A stretch of DNA of 64,000 bases from an uncultured Acidobacteriaceae bacterium (GCA_963757385.1 CAVWRO010000006.1:498173-562172), one strand, 5' to 3'. Counted from the first letter of the stretch, positions 1-10,374 are shown. The notes: a model not told the origin generated them from the sequence alone. Numbers and translations are program-made.

Positions 1-2
1 CC

Positions 3-2798
3 CTTTACGCCACTGATGGTTCAAACTACAGACAAGTTCCGATCGGAGTCGTTCTTCCGCGGGATAACGATGATGTCATCGCCGCTGTGGCGACCGCGCG
101 AGAATATGGAGCGCCAATTCTCTGTCGCGGCGGAGGAACATCGCTGGCGGGACAATGCTGCAACGCCGCCGTGGTACTCGATTTCTCCAAGTACATGGCA
201 GGCATCATTGAGGTTGATCCGCAGCGGAAGTTGGCGCGTGTACAACCCGGAGTAATTCTCGATCACCTTCGCAACGCAGCAGAAAAACATCATCTGACTT
301 TCGGTCCTGATCCCGCCACACACAGCCGGTGCACATTAGGCGGCATGATCGGCAACAACTCCTGCGGCGTTCATTCCGTGATGGCAGGGAAGACGGACGA
401 CAACATTGAACAGCTTGAGATCCTCACGTATGACGGCTTACGGATGAGAGTCGGTGCCAATACCGAGGCAGAGATTTCAGCTTTCATCAGTGGCGGCAGG
501 AGGCAAGGCGAAATTTACACAGAGCTAAAGCGGCTGCGAGACAGCTATGGTGATCTGGTTCGCCAACGCTATCCCGATATTCCGCGAAGGGTGTCTGGAT
601 ACAACCTCAATTATATTTTGCCGGAAAACGGATTTCACGTCGCGCGGGCTTTGGTTGGCTCGGAAGGTACGTGCGTAACGGTCCTCGAAGCTAACTGCAG
701 GTTGGTTGAGAGCCCTCCAGAGCGGGTATTGCTGGTCATTGCCTATCCGGACATATATCAGTGCGCCGATCACGTTCCGGAAATAATGGCGCACAAGCCA
801 ATCGGCCTGGAAGGCATAGATAACCTTCTCGTCGAATACACCCGGCGCAAGAGAATTAATTCGGAAGGTCTAGATTTGCTCCCGCAAGGAGGGGGCTGGC
901 TGCTGGCCGAATTCGGCGGGGAGACGGTTGCAGCGGCCGAAGCGCAATGCGCACGATTAGTCGCGGCGTTGCAACGAAGCGCGAATCCGCCCAATATGCG
1001 ACTTCTTACTGATAAGAAGCAAGCGAAATATGTGTGGGAAGTGCGGGAATCGAGCCTGGGAGCGACTTCCCACGTTCCGGGCGAGCCGCTCACCTGGGAG
1101 GGTTGGGAAGATTCCGCGGTGGCTCCAGAAAAGTTGGGAAACTATCTTCGCGGATTGCGAAAATTACTCGACTCTTACGGATACCGTGCCGTCTTGTACG
1201 GACATTTTGGTCACGGGTGCGTGCACGCAAGAATCAGCTTTGATCTTCAGACTGCGGAAGGCATCGCAAAATATCGCAAGTTCGTTGAAGAGGCTGCCGA
1301 CCTGGTAGTGAGCTACGGTGGATCGCTTTCCGGCGAACATGGCGACGGTCAATCTCGCGCGGAGTTGTTGCCAAAAATGTTTGGGCCGGAATTGGTGCAG
1401 GCTTTCCGAGAGTTCAAGGCGATTTGGGATCCGGATTGGAAGATGAACCCAGGAAAAGTTATCGAGCCATACAGCCTAGACGAGAACCTGCGACTGGGTG
1501 CCGGATACTCTCCGTGGGAACCGCAAACCCATTTTCAATTTCCCGAAGATCACGGAAGCCTCTCCCGTGCGTCGCTGCGATGCGTCGGAGTAGGGAAGTG
1601 CAGGAACTACGAAGGCGGAGTGATGTGTCCCAGCTTCCGCGTTACTCGCGAGGAGGAACATTCGACCCGGGGGCGCGCGCACCTGCTTTGGGAAATGACG
1701 AAGCGAGATGTGATCAAAGATGGATGGCGGGATTCGCACGTCAAGGACTCTCTCGATTTGTGTTTATCTTGTAAGGGATGCAAGAGTGATTGTCCGGTTG
1801 GCGTGGACGTGGCGACATATAAGGCTGAGTTTCTTTCACATTATTACGAGAATCGGATTAAGCCGATAAGTGCGTACGCGTTTGGAAATATTGATATCTG
1901 GGCGCGATGGGCATCGCGCACGCCATGGCTGGCTAACTTGCCAACGCAATTACCGGGGTTGCGTGGCCTCGCCAAGTTGATTGTGGGCATGCCGCAACAA
2001 CGCTCTATCCCGGCATTTGCGAATGAGACCTTTCGCAAGTGGTTCGAGCGTCGCGAGCGGAAGAATCCTCACGGCGACCCGGTAGTCCTTTGGCCTGATA
2101 CGTTCAACAATTATTTTCATCCGGAAACCGATAAGGCCGCCGTGAACATTCTCGAGCATGGCGGATTTCGAGTGCAGCTGCCGAAAGATATTTTGTGTTG
2201 CGGCCGCCCGCTGTATGACTTTGGAATGCTGGACCGTGCAAAACGGCTCTTGGTCAGGGTATTGGCGGTGTTATCCGAGGAAATAAGTGTCGGCATTCCG
2301 GTGGTCGTTCTGGAGCCGAGTTGCGCGGCGGTTTTTCGCGATGAAATGCTGAACCTGTTTCCCCGCGACGAGCGCGCCCAACGGCTTTCAAGACAGGCGT
2401 TCCTGCTGAGCGAATTTTTATGCCTGAAAGCCGATCGTTTTCAATTCCCAGCCGTTAACCGCAAAGCAGTTGTGCATGGCCACTGTCATCACAAATCCAT
2501 CATGAAAATGACGGATGAAGAGGCAGTACTGCGGTCTCTCGGAATTAATTTCGAGACGCCCGCTCCCGGATGCTGCGGGATGGCAGGATCATTCGGCTTC
2601 GAAAAGGAAAAATTCGATATGTCAATCGCGATCGGGGAACTTGAGCTTCTTCCTGCCGTCCGTAAAGCCCCGGATGATTATTTGATTATTGCGGATGGTT
2701 TCAGTTGCCGCGAGCAGATCGCGCAGTGTACGGGACGCAGGACGATGCATTTGGCGGAGGTGATTCAGATGGGATTGATGGTTGAGGAAAAGGAGTAG
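3..2798 (+). CDS. FAD-binding (PCMH-type) dehydrogenase fused to an Fe-S / CCG cysteine-rich domain (GlcD-GlcF-like fusion). The 5' end is truncated by the window edge.
   Basis: The frame is open from base 3 (LYATDGSNYRQVPIGVVLPRDNDDV...) upstream of the listed ATG at 87. GGGTSLAGQ is the FAD-binding motif. The C-terminal half has CxxCxxCxxxCP-like clusters (CLSCKGCKSDCP) and CCG-type repeats (CCGRPL, CCGMAGSFG). Confidence 0.85.
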   Translation, partial: LYATDGSNYRQVPIGVVLPRDNDDVIAAVATAREYGAPILCRGGGTSLAGQCCNAAVVLDFSKYMAGIIEVDPQRKLARVQPGVILDHLRNAAEKHHLTFGPDPATHSRCTLGGMIGNNSCGVHSVMAGKTDDNIEQLEILTYDGLRMRVGANTEAEISAFISGGRRQGEIYTELKRLRDSYGDLVRQRYPDIPRRVSGYNLNYILPENGFHVARALVGSEGTCVTVLEANCRLVESPPERVLLVIAYPDIYQCADHVPEIMAHKPIGLEGIDNLLVEYTRRKRINSEGLDLLPQGGGWLLAEFGGETVAAAEAQCARLVAALQRSANPPNMRLLTDKKQAKYVWEVRESSLGATSHVPGEPLTWEGWEDSAVAPEKLGNYLRGLRKLLDSYGYRAVLYGHFGHGCVHARISFDLQTAEGIAKYRKFVEEAADLVVSYGGSLSGEHGDGQSRAELLPKMFGPELVQAFREFKAIWDPDWKMNPGKVIEPYSLDENLRLGAGYSPWEPQTHFQFPEDHGSLSRASLRCVGVGKCRNYEGGVMCPSFRVTREEEHSTRGRAHLLWEMTKRDVIKDGWRDSHVKDSLDLCLSCKGCKSDCPVGVDVATYKAEFLSHYYENRIKPISAYAFGNIDIWARWASRTPWLANLPTQLPGLRGLAKLIVGMPQQRSIPAFANETFRKWFERRERKNPHGDPVVLWPDTFNNYFHPETDKAAVNILEHGGFRVQLPKDILCCGRPLYDFGMLDRAKRLLVRVLAVLSEEISVGIPVVVLEPSCAAVFRDEMLNLFPRDERAQRLSRQAFLLSEFLCLKADRFQFPAVNRKAVVHGHCHHKSIMKMTDEEAVLRSLGINFETPAPGCCGMAGSFGFEKEKFDMSIAIGELELLPAVRKAPDDYLIIADGFSCREQIAQCTGRRTMHLAEVIQMGLMVEEKE

Positions 2799-2850
2799 AA
2801 GCGATATTGGTCAAGACCAATGGGGCCGGAAGTCGTTTGATCCGATTATC

Positions 2851-2870
2851 GGCGGGGCTAAAGCCCCGCC
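2851..2870. terminator. Perfect 7 bp GC hairpin between convergent genes (candidate bidirectional terminator).
   Basis: The sequence is ggcgggg-ctaaag-ccccgcc followed by ctttc. It lies in the 119 bp gap between the stops at 2798 (+) and 2918 (-). Confidence 0.5.
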
Positions 2871-2917
2871 CTTTCAAGGCAACTTCCTGGCAGCCCCGAT
2901 GCCCTTCGTAACGGAAC

Positions 2918-4093
2918 TCACACGGATCTTCCTGCCGCGGCTCCTGAGGACCAAGCCCACTGGAAGTTGTGCCCGCCCAAGTGGCCGGTCACGTCCACAA
3001 CTTCGCCGACGAAAAACAATCCGGGAAGCTTGTGGCTTTCCATCGTCTTTGCCGATAATTCACCGGTGTCAACCCCACCGGCTGTGACTTCCGCTTTTTG
3101 ATAGCCTTCTGTCCCCGCAGGTACAACAGTCCAGCAGTGAATACGGCGTTCGAGATCTTCCAGTGACTTGTTCGTCCAATCGGCTGTCGAATTCACATTC
3201 AGATCTAGCCATCGTTTCGCAAGGCGCGCGGGAAGAAACTTCTGCAAAGCCGATAGAACGACTGAAGCATTTCTAACGTTGCTTCGGCGAACTTCCGCGG
3301 TCACATCCTGATTCGGCGCGAGGTCAATATGAATCGGTTCACCGTCCTCCCAATACGAAGAGGCCTGCAAGATTGCGGGACCGCTTAATCCGCGGTGGGT
3401 GACTAGCATTGCTTCATTAAATGTCTGACCGGCGCAAGTCACCGTCACATCCGCGGAAATGCCGGCAAGATCGCAGTAATCTTTTTGGTCTTTGATGGTA
3501 AGAACGAGTGGGACCAGCGCCGGTTTCGTAGGTCGAACCTTCAAGCCGAATTTACGGGCCAAGTCGTATCCGAAGGCCGTCGCTCCCATCTTCGGGATGG
3601 AAAGGCCTCCCGTTGCGATGACCAATACCGGCGCGTGAAATTCAGTTTCTCCGGTTCGCACGACAAAACCAGTTTCGTGAATGACCTCCCGAATTTCTGA
3701 GTTCAAAAATATCTTCACTCCTCCTGCATCACACTCACATTGCAGCATGCCGGTGATGTCGCTGGCTGCGCGATCGCAAAAAAGTTGTCCAAGAGTTTTC
3801 TCGTGATACGGTATGGAGTGCTTTTCAACATGAGCGATGAAGTCTGCGGGCGTGTAGCGGGCCAATGCGGATTTTGCGAAGTGCGGATTGCCGGAAATGA
3901 AATTATCAGACGTGCAATGGATATTCGTAAAGTTGCAACGTCCGCCGCCCGAGATTAGGATTTTCTTGCCAATGCGGTCGGCGCGCTCAAGAATTGCAAC
4001 GCGGCGTCCCCGCTTGGCAGCCTCGATCGCGCACATCAAGCCAGCAGCACCGGCGCCGAGAATTAAAGCATCACACTTGTGGAGGATGCTCAT
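2918..4093 (-). CDS. NAD(P)/FAD-dependent oxidoreductase, HI0933/BaiN (YhiN) family flavoprotein.
   Basis: N-terminal dinucleotide fold DALILGAGAAGLMCAIEAAKRGRRVAILE, then GKKILISGGGRCNFTN, which is typical of the HI0933 family. Length is 391 aa. Confidence 0.85.
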   Translation of the reverse strand: MSILHKCDALILGAGAAGLMCAIEAAKRGRRVAILERADRIGKKILISGGGRCNFTNIHCTSDNFISGNPHFAKSALARYTPADFIAHVEKHSIPYHEKTLGQLFCDRAASDITGMLQCECDAGGVKIFLNSEIREVIHETGFVVRTGETEFHAPVLVIATGGLSIPKMGATAFGYDLARKFGLKVRPTKPALVPLVLTIKDQKDYCDLAGISADVTVTCAGQTFNEAMLVTHRGLSGPAILQASSYWEDGEPIHIDLAPNQDVTAEVRRSNVRNASVVLSALQKFLPARLAKRWLDLNVNSTADWTNKSLEDLERRIHCWTVVPAGTEGYQKAEVTAGGVDTGELSAKTMESHKLPGLFFVGEVVDVTGHLGGHNFQWAWSSGAAAGRSV

Positions 4094-4127
4094 CTATCAG
4101 CAAATTGCCCGAAACAAACTTAACGCG

Positions 4128-5111
4128 TTAACGATGGACCGGCACATAAGCGAGGCGATATCTCAGCCGAACCCCTCTGTGCTGATTTCTCGCCGCTTCG
4201 GCCAGTGTCACAGCGAGTTTATGACGCTCGCCATCCAAAGTTTCTGGTTTGAATCCCAACTCGTATCGCCCGTGCAACTGTTGCAATATCTCTTTTAAAC
4301 CCGAAGCGTATGTCTCCGGAGTTACCCGCAAATACTCGCCACCGGTTTCGGTCGCAATATATTTCGCCACCGACCCCTGCTCGCCTAACGACCATATCCT
4401 CGGAGATCGGCGGTCCTTCAGACCATAGGCAACGGCTGACGTCTCCAAAAGGCCGTCAATGAAGTGATCGGCCTCTGACCTTGGCATTGCGCTGTAGTCC
4501 CCATAAAGGAAGATTAGCACCGGTATGGGTTCTGGCACTAACGACCGCGTGGTATCAATAATTAGTTGTAAAGTCTTCTGGAGGGCGAGTTCGCCGGGTC
4601 TTCCATGATTGTGTTGGGAGACCACAGGCGTCAGCACTTGCTGCAAGACGATAGTTGCCTCCTTGATGTCCGACGTTGGCAGCAGATCAAGTTTGGATTG
4701 GCCATCGTCGCACCAATGTGCCACTGCCACTCTGTCTTGCTGATCCACACTGTTCAGAGCCGGTTTGAAAAGATTAGTCTGTCCAGCAAACAGACCCGAT
4801 CCCTCGCCCTCCCAGCCTTGCATGTCGCATTGCACGACGAACCACAGTGCCAGAGGGCGAGTAGAAAATTGCGCCGCACTGTCAAACGTTTTGATCGAAA
4901 CCGGACGACCATTGTCGAAGACTTGAAAGTCAGCGAGCTTCAAAGTCTTGTCTGGAAGGCCATTCTTAAGCGCGACCACAGGCACTAGAACCAAATTTGA
5001 TGCACTGTGGAATATGGTTTCTGGAGATTGAGAAGAACGACCTTCCTGAGCAACCGCAGACCAAAGTGCGAAAAGAACTACTCCAGCGGAAAACGGAGCG
5101 ATCTTGATCAT
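4128..5111 (-). CDS. Secreted VWA-related protein (acidobacterial VWFA-related domain type).
   Basis: It has a signal peptide, then SNLVLVPVVALKNGLPDKTLKLADFQVFDNGRPVSIKTF. This is the characteristic N-terminal strand pattern of the TIGR03436-like family as I recall it. Confidence 0.7.
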   Translation of the reverse strand: MIKIAPFSAGVVLFALWSAVAQEGRSSQSPETIFHSASNLVLVPVVALKNGLPDKTLKLADFQVFDNGRPVSIKTFDSAAQFSTRPLALWFVVQCDMQGWEGEGSGLFAGQTNLFKPALNSVDQQDRVAVAHWCDDGQSKLDLLPTSDIKEATIVLQQVLTPVVSQHNHGRPGELALQKTLQLIIDTTRSLVPEPIPVLIFLYGDYSAMPRSEADHFIDGLLETSAVAYGLKDRRSPRIWSLGEQGSVAKYIATETGGEYLRVTPETYASGLKEILQQLHGRYELGFKPETLDGERHKLAVTLAEAARNQHRGVRLRYRLAYVPVHR

Positions 5112-5175
5112 TTACGGCATGTACGAAATTGAAAGGTAAAGAGTTTCTCTTTTTGTAAACGAAATTGGCCGTTGA

Positions 5176-6456
5176 TCAGGCGTAGATTCCGCGCTGCCGA
5201 ATGGTGTAAGCCACGCGATCAATCGCAAGCATGTAGGCGGCGATCCGGTTGTGGACGTTGTGAGTCTCGGCGTACCGGACTACATCCTCAAATGCGTTTT
5301 TCATGATGTGCTCGAGTTGCTCGTTGACGACAGATTCCTGCCAAAAATATCCCTGACGATCCTGGACCCATTCGAAATAGGAAGTGGTTACTCCACCGGC
5401 GTTGCAAAGAATGTCGGGGATCACAAAGACCTTTTTGTCCGCCAAAATCTCATCCGCCAATGCGGTGGTGGGACCGTTTGCTCCTTCCGCGAGGATTCTG
5501 CACTTCACGCGGTCGGCATTGCGGCTGGTGATCTGATTTTCAGTCGCAGCGGGAATCAGAATTTCGCACTCAGTGAGAAGCAATTCGTCAGGGTCGGCGG
5601 CCTCAGCTTCGGGGAAATCTTTGATGCTTCCATTTTGCTGCCGATACTGCACCAGGGCAGCAACGTCGAGTCCATTCTTGTTGTAGATGCTGCCGTTTAC
5701 TTCGATAACTCCCACGACTTTGTAGCCGGCCTGCGCCATTAAAAAAGCTGCATTGGAGCCGACATTGCCAAATCCCTGGATGATTACGCGGCTCAATTCC
5801 CGCGCGATCCCCAACTTCTTGATCGCTTCCTCGCAAACGACCATGATGCCGCGTCCGGTGGCTTCGCGGCGGCCGCGCGATCCTCCTATGTTCACAGGCT
5901 TGCCGGTCACCACGGCAGTTACAGTCTGCCGCATGTGCATGGAGTACGTATCCATGATCCACGCCATAACTTGCTCGTTGGTATTTATGTCCGGCGCGGG
6001 AACATCTTTTTCCGGGCCGATAAATTCGATAAGCTCGGCGGTGTAGCGGCGAGTCATGCGTTCAAGTTCGCCCATAGACATCTTGTGAGGGTCGCAAATG
6101 ACGCCACCTTTCGCGCCACCGAAGGGGATATTCACCACGGCGCATTTCCAGGTCATCCAACTGGCGAGGGCGCGGACTTCGTCGAGCGTTACGTCCGGGG
6201 AGTAGCGAATCCCGCCCTTACTGGGGCCGCGAGCGATGGAATGTTGCACTCGAAATCCGGTATAGACCTCCAATTTTCCATTGTCGAGAGCGACGGGAAT
6301 GTGGACGATGATTTCGCGGGTTGGATATCGAAGAACCTTCTGCAGGCCCTCGTCGAGATTTAATTTCTGGGCGGCAATGTCGAATCGGGCGGCCTGAGCC
6401 TCCCACGGATTGATTTCCTGCTCGAGGGAAAGGGCTTTCGTTGTTGTGGTCATCAT
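5176..6456 (-). CDS. gdhA: NAD(P)-specific glutamate dehydrogenase (Glu/Leu/Phe/Val dehydrogenase family).
   Basis: Catalytic-lysine box [14 protein letters not shown] and dinucleotide fold [12 protein letters not shown]. Length is 426 aa. Confidence 0.92.
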   Translation of the reverse strand: MMTTTTKALSLEQEINPWEAQAARFDIAAQKLNLDEGLQKVLRYPTREIIVHIPVALDNGKLEVYTGFRVQHSIARGPSKGGIRYSPDVTLDEVRALASWMTWKCAVVNIPFGGAKGGVICDPHKMSMGELERMTRRYTAELIEFIGPEKDVPAPDINTNEQVMAWIMDTYSMHMRQTVTAVVTGKPVNIGGSRGRREATGRGIMVVCEEAIKKLGIARELSRVIIQGFGNVGSNAAFLMAQAGYKVVGVIEVNGSIYNKNGLDVAALVQYRQQNGSIKDFPEAEAADPDELLLTECEILIPAATENQITSRNADRVKCRILAEGANGPTTALADEILADKKVFVIPDILCNAGGVTTSYFEWVQDRQGYFWQESVVNEQLEHIMKNAFEDVVRYAETHNVHNRIAAYMLAIDRVAYTIRQRGIYA

Positions 6457-6521
6457 TTCGTGGTGGCAAACTCATCAAGTATAAGCAGGGGCATGGAGCG
6501 TAGCAAGGAGGCGTTCACTTA

Positions 6522-6688
6522 GGAGTGGCTTTGTTTTAGTCTGTGGCGTCATCCCGAGCTTGCGAGGGATCCTGCGCGTAGCGGGTATGCGCCAACCAGA
6601 AGAGCAACTGCACTACACGCGGGATTCTTCGGGACTGAAGTCCCTCAGAATGACGTCAAAGTAGATGATTTTCAAATTGAGCCACTAC
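6522..6688. repeat. MITE-like intergenic repeat, copy 1 (two inverted hairpin units plus imperfect terminal inverted repeats).
   Basis: The left end is ggagtggctttgttttag and the right end is ttcaaattgagccactac. The internal units are ggcgtcatcccgagcttgcgagggatc and cttcgggactgaagtccctcagaatgacgtc. The same modules recur at 17918-18094, 19327-19434 and 54327-54402. Confidence 0.6.
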
Positions 6689-6755
6689 ACATTGGTTGCG
6701 GTGAGGGGTAGGTTGTTGCGCCGATTAGTGAACTTTTTCATCTAACATAAATTGA

Positions 6756-7478
6756 ATGACTCCATTTCAAACTTACACAGCGCGCCTGAACCAGTCTCGC
6801 GCTTTATCGGAATACACCAAGCATCTGGAATTTGAGATGTGGGGAGTGCCGCGTTTTGGGTTCGTCGCCGGGCAATGGATGTCGTTTAAGTACACCAAGG
6901 CAGACGGGGAAGAGATCACCCGCGCGTATTCCATCGCATCTTCTCCCGGCGAAGACAATCGGTTCGCGCTATGCCTGAACCGGGTGCAGGACGGCTTCAT
7001 GTCGAACTTTCTTTGCGACATGAAGGAAGGCGATGAACTGAAGAGCCAGGGGCCATTTGGCGATTTTATTTTGCGGCCTCCGATGCGGGATACGAGTTTT
7101 ATTGCGACGGGAACAGGGATTGCTCCGTTTCGTTCCATGCTGCATTGGCTTCTGGCGGATGAGTCACGTCACCAGGGAAAACATATCTGGCTGATCTTCG
7201 GGAATCGCACCGAGAAAGACATTTACTATCACGATGAGTTCCTGCGTCTGACGCAAGATCACGGAAACTTCCACTACTTGCCAACGCTGAGTCGGGGCGC
7301 GCCGGAATGGCAGGGCCTTCGCGGATACGTCCAGGACCACGTTGCCTCCGTTGCGAAGGAGCGATCCGACATGCACGCCTACATCTGCGGATTAGACAAG
7401 ATGGTCAAGGCCAACCGTGACCTGCTGAAGAGCCTGGGATGGGATCGCAAATCCATTCTGTACGAAAAGTATGACTAG
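6756..7478 (+). CDS. Ferredoxin-NADP(+) reductase-like FAD/NAD(P)-binding oxidoreductase.
   Basis: RAYSIAS (RxYS FAD motif), GTGIAPFRSM (NAD(P)-binding GTGIAP motif) and a C-terminal YEKYD aromatic tail. Length is 240 aa. Confidence 0.85.
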   Translation: MTPFQTYTARLNQSRALSEYTKHLEFEMWGVPRFGFVAGQWMSFKYTKADGEEITRAYSIASSPGEDNRFALCLNRVQDGFMSNFLCDMKEGDELKSQGPFGDFILRPPMRDTSFIATGTGIAPFRSMLHWLLADESRHQGKHIWLIFGNRTEKDIYYHDEFLRLTQDHGNFHYLPTLSRGAPEWQGLRGYVQDHVASVAKERSDMHAYICGLDKMVKANRDLLKSLGWDRKSILYEKYD

Positions 7479-7501
7479 GGCCACATTTACGAGCCTTATG
7501 C

Positions 7502-8797
7502 TCAGGCTGGGGACGGGCTATCTTCTGGCACGACAATCGCCAAATCCGTGCCCGACGCTGGTTCCAGCAGCGGCCAACCTCGGCGCAGAACATGGTCCAA
7601 CCAGGTGCCCGCTGCCTGCGACGTGAGCACGGCGGCCAACACAAGTGTCGTATAAAACTTCGGACTGATAATCCCAGCGTCGAACGCTACGCTGGCTAAC
7701 ACGATACCCGGTCCGCCGCGTGCGTTCGTCGTGATTGCCAGATTGATCAGGTCCAACCCGCGGAAACCTGCTAAGCGGCCTGCCAGCGATACGGAAAGAA
7801 TCTTGGCGACGCAACTTCCGACGATAAAAATGGCCGCCATCCAAAATGAGAAGCCACGAACCAGATCGAGCTTCAATCCCACGATGGCGAAGTACAGCGG
7901 AATGAAAAATGCGAAGGACACCTTTCCTATCGAATCGAGAGCCTCCGAAAAAAGTCTGCGTTTCTTGTGTACGACGGCGAACCCGGCCAGAAAGGCCGCA
8001 AATACCACGCTGACGCCGAGCGCTCCGGCCACTACGCAATATCCGAATAAAACCGCAAGGGCGTAGCCCACGGGAGAGTGCTTCGCGAAAACGTTGAAGC
8101 GCGATTTGTTGATTCGCTTTACGACCCGGGGCAGGATGGTTAGGCCCAGCGCGAAAAACCCAACCGTCGTGAGCAGATGGTACAAGATTCCCCGCTTGTT
8201 CAGCATCGTCTTGCCCGCGAGGGCTGTCGCCACAGCCAGCGCCAGCCAGAGCACAATGTCCTCCAGCACAGCGACGCCGAGCACGAGCCGCGCGAAGCGG
8301 GTATGCAGAATTTTTAGGTCCGCGAATATCTTCGAGACCACTGGGACCGATGTCACCGCCACCCCAACTGCAAGAATAATAATTAGAGAGATGCGATTTC
8401 CATTGGGTCCCGCCAGCGCTGGCCGGACCAGCCACGAGCCCAGTGCTAGCGCGAGCACGAAGGGGATCCCCGTGCCTACTATGGCGAGCCAGCCCACTTG
8501 GCGGCGCTCTTCCCGGGAGAACAGCTCGCGCGTTTCCGCGCCAGATAAGAACATCAGCAACAGCAGGCCAAGCCAGTAAACGAAATTCAATACCGTCGCG
8601 TTGTGCTTGACCGCTTCCCCTAAGCCTGAAGCGACCGGCAATCGGGCGATCAAAGCCGGTCCCAGCACTACGCCAGCCATGATTTCGCCGACGACTTTCG
8701 GCTGCCGCAGCTTCACGAACAAGTAACCAAGCAACTGCGCCAGCCCCACCAGAAGCAATAGTACGAAGAGGATTGAGGTTAAATCGGAATTCGACAA
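7502..8797 (-). CDS. Cation:proton antiporter (Na+/H+ exchanger family, CPA2/Kef-like membrane domain).
   Basis: A 431 aa polytopic membrane protein. The N terminus LLVGLAQLLGYLFVKLRQPKVVGEIMAGVVLGP is the conserved TM1-2 signature of Na_H_exchanger proteins. Confidence 0.85.
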   Translation of the reverse strand: MSNSDLTSILFVLLLLVGLAQLLGYLFVKLRQPKVVGEIMAGVVLGPALIARLPVASGLGEAVKHNATVLNFVYWLGLLLLMFLSGAETRELFSREERRQVGWLAIVGTGIPFVLALALGSWLVRPALAGPNGNRISLIIILAVGVAVTSVPVVSKIFADLKILHTRFARLVLGVAVLEDIVLWLALAVATALAGKTMLNKRGILYHLLTTVGFFALGLTILPRVVKRINKSRFNVFAKHSPVGYALAVLFGYCVVAGALGVSVVFAAFLAGFAVVHKKRRLFSEALDSIGKVSFAFFIPLYFAIVGLKLDLVRGFSFWMAAIFIVGSCVAKILSVSLAGRLAGFRGLDLINLAITTNARGGPGIVLASVAFDAGIISPKFYTTLVLAAVLTSQAAGTWLDHVLRRGWPLLEPASGTDLAIVVPEDSPSPA

Positions 8798-8859
8798 GGG
8801 CGCTCCCGTCGCTTAGGATGCTGTCGGGGCGACAGGGTTTGGCAGCTGTGCCGAGCCTA

Positions 8860-9030
8860 CTGGCAAGTTTTTCCGGGGTTTTGGCCAGGAGCATGTGCCG
8901 CCCATTGCGAAGGGCAGATCCGATATGCATGCCTATATCTGGGGATAAGATGAGATGTCAAGGCGAACCGCGATCTGCTGACGGGCACGGGTGGGATCGC
9001 AAAGCGCTTTTGTATGAAAGGTACGATTAG
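8860..9030 (+). pseudogene. Decayed duplicate of the last ~50 codons of the FNR-like gene at 6756..7478.
   Basis: 8885-9030 aligns by eye with 7331-7478. About three quarters of positions are identical, there are at least three 1 nt indels, and a premature in-frame TAA follows the HAYIWG remnant. Both copies end ...GWDRK(S/A)(I/L)LYE(K/R)YD-stop. Confidence 0.7.
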
Positions 9031-9118
9031 GCGGAGACCGGGTTACCGGCCTTTCGCAAGGTGGAAAGAGCGTGCTAAAAGTGAAATCGTCCGATAGATT
9101 TAGACGGCGCCGAAAAAA

Positions 9119-9520
9119 ATGCAAGGAAAATGGGTCATTCGCTCCGTTGCACTACTCTTGCTTTGGCTCCCACATCAAGTGCATGGACAGGAATATTCAG
9201 TACGTGCTATTGATGCACAAAGCGGGAAAGCCTTGAAAGGAATACCAATTACTCTGCGATATGCCTGTATCCCGATGCGGTCGGGGCAAAAAACGAAGAT
9301 CCGTTGCAAGTATATTCAGAGAAGAACTGGGCCTGACGGCATCGCCCACTTCCCGGAAGCCGGATCTCTGGCTGATATTGACGATATATACTCTTTACCA
9401 ATCAGTTACGGAGCAATGTGCTGCGACATTTCTAAGCCGGCGATTCCCGGCATGGGTACAATCAAATTTAGACGGCGTTGGTTCGGTCAAATGCTTCAGT
9501 GGATTTTCGTCGGGGATTAA
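9119..9520 (+). CDS. Hypothetical secreted protein.
   Basis: Signal peptide VALLLLWLPHQVHG, then VRAIDAQSGKALKGIPITL, which resembles a carboxypeptidase-regulatory-like beta-sandwich start. The local sequence looks AT-richer than its neighbours. Confidence 0.45.
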   Translation: MQGKWVIRSVALLLLWLPHQVHGQEYSVRAIDAQSGKALKGIPITLRYACIPMRSGQKTKIRCKYIQRRTGPDGIAHFPEAGSLADIDDIYSLPISYGAMCCDISKPAIPGMGTIKFRRRWFGQMLQWIFVGD

Positions 9521-9722
9521 ATCCGATCCGTGTGAAACTGGTTTAGTATTCCGGAGGCGTAATCCTCCTTCTTTTTTCGTAACGCTAAACGCCCCAAATC
9601 TGCTACACTATAGATGCGTTTGATCTATCGGTTGACGAGCAGCTTCTTGCAAACCAGCTAGCACTGCCCTTAGTACCTCCGAACCATCAGCGTAAAATAA
9701 CTAAAAAGGATACAAGCAACAA

Positions 9723-9926
9723 ATGGCAGAACAAGGAACAGTAAAGTGGTTTAACGACGCCAAAGGGTACGGCTTCATCAGCCGTCAGAGTGGCGAAGAT
9801 GTATTTGTGCACTTCTCGGCGATTCAGGCAGGCGGCTTCCGCAGTCTGCAAGAAGGCCAGAGTGTGGAGTTCGAGGTCACCAAGGGACCAAAGGGCTGGC
9901 AAGCTGAGAACGTTCGCCCGCTGTAA
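9723..9926 (+). CDS. Cold-shock protein (CspA family, S1-like OB fold).
   Basis: [15 protein letters not shown] (RNP-1) and VFVHFSAI (RNP-2). Length is 67 aa. Confidence 0.95.
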   Translation: MAEQGTVKWFNDAKGYGFISRQSGEDVFVHFSAIQAGGFRSLQEGQSVEFEVTKGPKGWQAENVRPL

Positions 9927-9948
9927 AGCGGAAACATCTCAATAACAT

Positions 9949-9984
9949 GCGTGCTCGTAGCTAAAAAGATACGAGCACGCTTCT
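9949..9984 (+). terminator. Rho-independent terminator after the csp gene.
   Basis: A perfect 11 bp stem, gcgtgctcgta / tacgagcacgc, with a 10 nt loop, followed by ttct. It starts 23 nt after the stop. Confidence 0.7.
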
Positions 9985-10068
9985 ACGTGTGGGGCGGATA
10001 CTCGTTCTTGTTCGCGCCACATAAAACAATCTCTCCCCCGCACGAAACGCTTCGACTGGAGCTTCCAC

Positions 10069-10374
10069 ATGCAGGATGATTCGAAGGCCTCGTTTGCGGT
10101 CATTCGTCACAATGTTCGTACATATGAATCGGGCGGCGTCATGGCCGTCATTAAAGGGCGCGTCAACGCCGAAAGCACGCTTGGCCAGTTTGAACGTTCA
10201 CAAGCCTCGGAAGACAGGCACGCTGGGTGGCGATATTTCCTGGAAAAGACTGACCTGAAGGCAGGGATGAATCCCGCGGAAGCTACCAGCCTGCGCCAGA
10301 TGCGGCTCGAAGTCCGCGAATCCGAGGCACAGCAATTATCGGATCAGGTTCCGTTCACCCCGCGGAGCAATTGA
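10069..10374 (+). CDS. Hypothetical protein.
   Basis: Open frame only, with no recognisable motif. The start is uncertain. Confidence 0.35.
   Translation: MQDDSKASFAVIRHNVRTYESGGVMAVIKGRVNAESTLGQFERSQASEDRHAGWRYFLEKTDLKAGMNPAEATSLRQMRLEVRESEAQQLSDQVPFTPRSN

Noticed and set aside
7518-8930. A 470 aa minus-strand ORF, longer than the antiporter ORF it overlaps.
   Set aside because: It is an alternative frame of the same strand. Its translation is Arg/Gly/Ala-rich low-complexity sequence with no TM pattern, which is typical of an off-frame reading of GC-rich coding DNA. The 431 aa frame has clear Na+/H+ exchanger motifs.
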